Origin: Diplonema japonicum
Taxonomy: Eukaryota > Protista > Euglenozoa: Diplonemea
Reading direction: 5' to 3'
Assembly (NCBI GenBank): GCA_964019335.1
Contig: OZ025668.1
Span: 310,001 to 374,000 of the forward strand
DNA: 64,000 nt
Shown piece after piece: positions 59,601 through 64,000 of this stretch (positions are counted from its first letter, which is position 1; every line of letters begins with the position of its first letter). The notes under the pieces are model-generated. The model was not told the origin of the DNA. It made no database searches and was given only the letters and a program-made list of their open reading frames with translations. The translations under genes were made by a program, and so were the position numbers.

Positions 59601-59943
59601 TGTCGGGGTTCTCAGTGAGGCGCATGACAAGCGTGTCAAGGATGTAGTAGACCTCCTCGTAGAAGTACTGGTCGACGGTCATCTTCCAACCTACGTCATC
59701 GTGCGAGTGAGGCACCAGGTGCACGTTGATTTTCCCCTCCACGGGGCCTCCCTTCGTGTTGTAGACCCAATCGCCTGGTGGAACATACGGCGGTGGCCCC
59801 CTCTCTTTGATGGGCGTGTCGGCCCACAATGGGATACTCGGCTCCGACGCCTTCATCCCGGCAGGGTTCTCCCAGAACGCATTTCCGTGGTTCTCTTTGG
59901 CTCCTAAGGAGAGCACTGCGCATAACAGCGTAGCAGTACCCAT
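56608..59943 (-). CDS. Lysosomal-type alpha-mannosidase (GH38)
   Basis: Signal peptide; VPHSHDDVGW, WSIDPFGHS, YWSGYFTSRP, HHDGMSGT, SGAYIFRP and ELMVHRR. Confidence 0.96.
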   Translation of the reverse strand: MGTATLLCAVLSLGAKENHGNAFWENPAGMKASEPSIPLWADTPIKERGPPPYVPPGDWVYNTKGGPVEGKINVHLVPHSHDDVGWKMTVDQYFYEEVYYILDTLVMRLTENPDRKFIYVETAFFARWWNQQPASKKNMTKALVDNGQLEFVNGGWCMHDEASPYYVEMIDQTTRGHQFLKKAFGSKAIPKGTWSIDPFGHSNTNAWLIGAESGMEYEFWGRMDFQDFNVRKNESVKGLEYIWQGSQSLGESAQIFAGQIFGAGKGNYGTWFGFDGSSPQVQDDPSRHDYNIDKYVDQFVQHAHTQSMSYRTSHQMWACGSDFNYQNADHWYHNLDKLIHYINQNGSVNAFYSTPTLYVNEKRKPQVSWEVRQDDVFPLADADHHYWSGYFTSRPALKKQVHVASNFLNAARQLEVISNVTAKQVNTPTVRPSPLVGHSWTDSLEGTVGVATHHDGMSGTEKQDVANDYELRISESHGEVEAGVARSLQKIMGVSAKFEHCNCNSIGGTNCLNISMCAVTTESSSFTMVAWNPLGRQSTQTISLPVVLSSWDVMVNNVPVDSQTTELDSRTLSLPELYLNSYAMTPQQAAAAKAALTNKATHALSFSITLPAMGYSTITAKRSLPTRSAHSVVSVVVEDKPSASHYARSTNVRRGEMPSIRNAAYELVFNYSTGTTVSLKNLVSGAKTPLVVAVGWYNSSVGGCTNDPTTAPGHNCDDQKSGAYIFRPNSSNVFYPGPKKVPTLRVVKGPAVQEIYQEFSSWATCVYRLWAGKSHVEVEWTVGPIPQDTPWFPSVVPNKPNHWGKEVIMRYSTGLKSDGVFYTDSNGREMVKRMYNKRGPSYPPLVVSEPVAGNYYPVNAMMSLQDSASELAILTDVTQAGASLKDGELELMVHRRILDDDARGVQEPLNETMCGCNDVKAGGCWCEGLTMRGKHLLVFDTIQRANVERRQAMEELSFPATLAFSRGLVMPAKPTDSFLAASLPKEIKLLTLTNNYADINEGKLLLRVSHLYSVGESHASSVPVEVDFTRIFGKAGLIIASMEETQLTGTYSLSEMEKKKHKWMPYDPTGGKVIRQLSEHRAYSERFPFNEQSFTVVVRPMEVRTYLVTFK

Positions 59944-60139
59944 GATAATGAATATTCACCTGGGAGAAAAGTTTTTTTTTCCCTTTTTTTTTTCTCGAGC
60001 AAGAACGGCAGAAAAGAAAAATAATAAAAACGAGCTAAAAAAATATCGAACACTTTTTTTTTTTCACTTTTTTAAAAGAAAAAAAAAATCATAACAAAAA
60101 ATGAAGGGTAAAAAAAGGGGGGAGGAGGGGGGGAAACAC

Positions 60140-60856
60140 TTAAACCGGTTTACCACCTACGCTGTGCACGGCAGAGCAGACGAGTCTGCCACTGGCGTGG
60201 CCGGTGTCCTCCGCATCGAAAATGACATCGAGCCCTAATAAAGATCTAACAACCCTCCCTCCTTTCATACCTGGAGCAAGCTGCGCGTCGCCGCATACTC
60301 GTTTTGAGACCCACACATCAGGCATGCCTTCAGAGGAAATGAAACCGAAACCTTTATCGTCAAACCATTTCGAGATAATGCCTTCAAGAGAAGACTGTTT
60401 GGAGGGTTGGGAGGCGCTTGTGGTGGACCGGCGGATGGGGCCCTTTGAGATTCGTGCTGGTGGGGGTTCTGCTCGCTTTCTTTTGGTGGAAAGTAACCCG
60501 GGGCTTTGTGAAGTATATGTCACCTGTGCTTCGCTTAAATCCTCCACTTCCATCAGCCGGTCGCCTTTGCCTTCAATCGATACGAACCATGCCAGCAGAC
60601 CACCGCCGTCGTACCGGTCAGCTATCACCCCCCGGCCTTCTGGGGTGTTGACAATCTGCCCAGGGACGTATAGTTCCTTCGCCTCCTCCTCGTGGTCTGA
60701 GTCCGGTTGGTCGTCTTCTTCAACAGCTGTTGCCGCCGCCGCCGCCGCCCGTTGCAGCCCTACCGCCGCGGCAAAACGCTGCCTCACACTCCGACAGCAT
60801 GCAGGTGTTCCCGTCTTTTTACCGCATTCTCCGCAAAATCCACCGACGACGGGCAT
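60140..60856 (-). CDS. Cold-shock domain protein with N-terminal zinc-ribbon-like motif
   Basis: FCGECG at the N-terminus; GIISKWFDDKGFGFI (RNP1 of a CSD). Confidence 0.75.
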   Translation of the reverse strand: MPVVGGFCGECGKKTGTPACCRSVRQRFAAAVGLQRAAAAAATAVEEDDQPDSDHEEEAKELYVPGQIVNTPEGRGVIADRYDGGGLLAWFVSIEGKGDRLMEVEDLSEAQVTYTSQSPGLLSTKRKRAEPPPARISKGPIRRSTTSASQPSKQSSLEGIISKWFDDKGFGFISSEGMPDVWVSKRVCGDAQLAPGMKGGRVVRSLLGLDVIFDAEDTGHASGRLVCSAVHSVGGKPV

Positions 60857-60910
60857 GACACCCTGATAATGATTTGAGGGGGAAAAAAAAAAAGAATATA
60901 AAAACTAAGC

Positions 60911-60946
60911 ACAGGACAAGCCCCACTTGCTAGAGGGCCACCCTAT
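60911..60946 (-). mobile_element. Bare 3'-terminal remnant of the retroposon family (tail type B)
   Basis: acaggacaagccccacttgctagagggccaccctat matches acaggacaagccccccgctagagggccgccctat at 24573-24606; A-rich flanks. Confidence 0.65.
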
Positions 60947-61016
60947 TAATAAAAAAAAGGAAAAAAGAAAGGGGTAAAGCAAGGCATAGCAAACTAATGA
61001 TATGCTTGGATGCTAT

Positions 61017-61047
<31 letters not shown>

Positions 61048-61080
61048 CCTTCTCTCTTCAAAAGTGGGGTCTTATAAAAA

Positions 61081-61653
61081 TTATGTCCCATCGACGGGTT
61101 TGTACGACCCGCCGCACTTTTGGCACTGCGGTTTTCCGTTGCGAGCGTCCTCGTGAAAGTGATCGTTGTCGCGCATACCAGCGCCGCAGGTTCCGCACTG
61201 AGGATGGGGGGTTTTTGTAAAAAAGAAAAGAAGGGGTGTGGATACCTTGAAACACGTCAAGTGAAACTGCACAATCTTCCCTTTCCACGGGATGTTTTTC
61301 GCTTGTCCCTTTACCTCTTTCCCGCATGTTGGGCACTCTGGTGCGATGTGGTTGGTGAAGTCCTTTTTTTCCTTGTACCCCCCCTTTACTGTTCGCTTCA
61401 CCATCTGGTCCAGGTACGACTGCGAGCACTCGGGGTGCATTGGCTTATCTTTTCCGTTCGCCAGCGCGTGCATTGCGAAGATCCTCTCCCCGTTCGCATC
61501 AAGTTTGAACTCCTTGGCACAGTTGTAGCACCTGAAGCAGTGCGGGTGCCAATCGTTGTTCATCGCTTCCATTATCTTTTCGCCCTCGTCGAATTCTAAA
61601 TGACACCCTGCACACCGTTCAGTGTCCTGGTCAAAGGCATTCACAGTCGTCAT
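61081..61653 (-). CDS. Two-LIM-domain protein; in-frame intron 61198-61245
   Basis: CAGC...WHPHCFRCYNC...HPEC and CPTC...FHLTCFK|CGTC...CQKC. Removing the 48-nt GT-AG intron restores LIM spacing. Confidence 0.88.
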   Translation of the reverse strand: MTTVNAFDQDTERCAGCHLEFDEGEKIMEAMNNDWHPHCFRCYNCAKEFKLDANGERIFAMHALANGKDKPMHPECSQSYLDQMVKRTVKGGYKEKKDFTNHIAPECPTCGKEVKGQAKNIPWKGKIVQFHLTCFKVSTPLLFFFTKTPHPQCGTCGAGMRDNDHFHEDARNGKPQCQKCGGSYKPVDGT

Positions 61654-64000
61654 TTTTTTTTTCTTTGTTCTTTTTTATTCCCTTCTTTTTCTTAAATCAA
61701 CCACAAAAAAAAAAAAAAAAAAAAGAAGAATAAAAAAGAAAGAAATTGCAACGCATTTCCACTGAGCTATAGACGAGTACGCTGGAAAGCTTATTCAAAT
61801 AAGACTGTATCCAAGCTGCAATTACACATACATAGATCCAAGACAATCGACCATCCAGTGCGCAAACCCACAGATGCTCAGGGTTTGAAAAATGCGAATC
61901 AGGTATAATATGAAGTAACGATGTAAAGAGGGTAGGGACGAAGAGGGATGGGGAGAGATGGGTTTTTCTAGCTCGGATAGTGGTGGGGGTAAAACATGTT
62001 ACAGGTCTTACAAAAACACCTTTGCTTTTTTTCTTTTTTTGACCTACACGATGAGAGGAAGAAAGCGGAGATTCTTTTTTTTTGTGCCACCAAAGAAGAG
62101 AGAAAGGGAAGAAAAATACAGAATAGGAGAGGACACCTGTTATTTATGCGGTTAGTTCCTACAGCACCAAGGAATGAATGGAATGGCTTTTTGGTGATAC
62201 TAAAATGTGAAACAAGGGTGAACAAAAAGAAAAAGAAAAAAACCAAAATAGAGCTACAGATCTCCTCAATCTGTGCTTTCTTTTAAAGCTTGACCTTTCA
62301 AAAGAAAAGAAAGAAAGAAAAAAAAAGAAAAGGAAGCTTTCCTCTTCTGTTCTTTGCCGCCTAGTTTTTTTTTTTCTTTTTTTTTTTCCTTTTTTTTTTT
62401 CTTCCCCCGTATTCCTAAGTTTCTTTTTTTTTGACCTGAAACAGAGCAAAATAAAACGAAAAAAAAAAAGGAAAAAAAAAACGAAGTTTTTATGAAACAA
62501 CTTTTAGAGGGAGTAAAAGATTTTTAAAAAAAAGAACTCCGCGTCGTGCGCTGGATGTTTCTTTTTTTTTTTTCTCTCTCTCTTTTTTTTTTTATTGGGG
62601 TAAGTCACGTTTTACCCAAAAAAACTTTCCACCCAAAACGTCCAAAATCCACTTAATACGTTTTAGCTGCCCTCAAGTGAGTACTCATGGCCTAGAACCA
62701 AAAATACCTTTTTAAAAAAAAACCCCGGGTTTTTCTCAGTCACGCCTGTGCAGGGTACTAGCCTACCTAACCCATGTATACACCCCTTTTTTGACCAAAA
62801 AGTCGATTTCCGCCTGGTTTTGGGCACTCATGGGCAATTCTTTTGCATTTTTGAACAGGGACCACGGGGTTTGGCACCTGGGGGTTATTGTGAGGGACCC
62901 TAATTTTCTTAACGCAAGAAGCTAGATGGTTCGTGATGAACGGTTCAAAATTTCACGGAACTACTTTGTTCGAAGGCGCTTTGTGGGCCCGGGTGCTTCT
63001 GCGTTGCCGGAAGGGCACGTGGATTCATGTGTTGACAACTTATCCAGTATTTGCTTTCTTTCATGGCCCGCAATGTCAATGTTCCATTCCTGAGCAAGAT
63101 CCCAAAGCTGTTCCGTAGCCCACTGGCGGTATTGTGAGGCTGCTACGCAAGTAAGAGTGCTGGCCCGGCGAGCTACGAGGGCAAAAACCCCATTTTCTTC
63201 TAGAACATGAGAAATATGTTAAAGTGCGACATGATCAGACTGGAACGGCCGCCCCTGGGCATCTTCTGCTCAACCAGGCGGACGTGGGAGGCCCTTCTTC
63301 GGAAGGTGCCAGTCGCTTGATCAGTGCCGTCGAATGCGCGCTATATTTTATAAGTACATATAACAATCGATTGAAAAGGAAAAGTACGTATTGTGAGGCT
63401 GCTTCTGTGTGGCACCGGTGATTCAGACCTCCCGCCATTTTGTTAGGGGGGGGGGCTGTGGCATGCCCCAAGCAGCCGAGGCGGGACGTTGTTTGATGAC
63501 TGCAGCAGAGCGCCGAATCAACGTGGCACTGTGGGTAGGGCAGGCACATGAGCAAGGTCATGCAACTGCTTTAGCTGTATGCGTCTCGCTAGTTCCGAAG
63601 AGAGAAGTAAGCACTTTGAAGGGGTTGGACCCTTTAGACAGTGCAGCACAGAACGTTGTTGCGGGTGTTACAATGGACACTGCACCTGACGAGACTCCAG
63701 CAGCCTCCCAAGCCCTTGCAGCTTCTCAAGCCCCGACAGATTCTCAAGCCTCACAGATGCCCGCCAAAACCAGGCGGTTTGTCTGCAACGTTTGTGGGTT
63801 CTCCACAGCCTGGGAGAAAAACTGTTAAAATTTCCTTTACGAAAAAAAAAAAGGCATGAAAAAAATCTTCGCACGATTCGGCATGTTAAGATTTCCGAAG
63901 TGCTCTAAGCCGCTCCCTGCTTTCCATGTGGCAGGCCCTCCAGCCCAAATAAGTGTATTCCAAATAATTCTTTTTATTTCACTCTTCGTCATTTTCTTCA

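Overview
Eukaryotic genomic DNA, most likely a euglenozoan of the diplonemid type (inference). About 26 protein-coding genes all lie head-to-tail on the minus strand over ~62 kb, like a polycistronic unit. They are separated by T-tracts (candidate trans-splice polypyrimidine tracts) and A-rich leaders, yet carry tiny (32-59 nt) GT-AG introns, many nearly pure poly(A). Splicing these introns by hand joins several split ORFs (PGM, ULK4, PSP1-C, a PDZ-like protein, a four-domain cyclase, a histidine-phosphatase-like protein) and reveals a 123-aa ubiquitin-like/Crinkler-N-like gene absent from the ORF track. ALG10, also absent from the track, runs off the left edge. Other genes: tyrosinase, Ulp1/SENP, zeta/delta tubulin, membrane pseudo-cyclase, prolyl 4-hydroxylase, phytochelatin synthase, two bestrophin-like paralogs, TPS, GH38 alpha-mannosidase, cold-shock and LIM proteins. 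Intergenic DNA holds a retroposon system: five fragments of one non-LTR-like ORF C-terminus (motif WxxxLxW...ELAxDFE..TG in four), two bare 3'-end remnants, and a ~350-bp SINE-like repeat whose one copy shares the LINE 3' tail. The intact copies sit inside poly(T) tracts in sense orientation rather than ending in poly(A). There is also a 2.17-kb element with perfect 24-bp terminal inverted repeats carrying two tRNA-like Pol III cassettes, and several small MITE-like elements. All calls were made by eye; no database searches were run.
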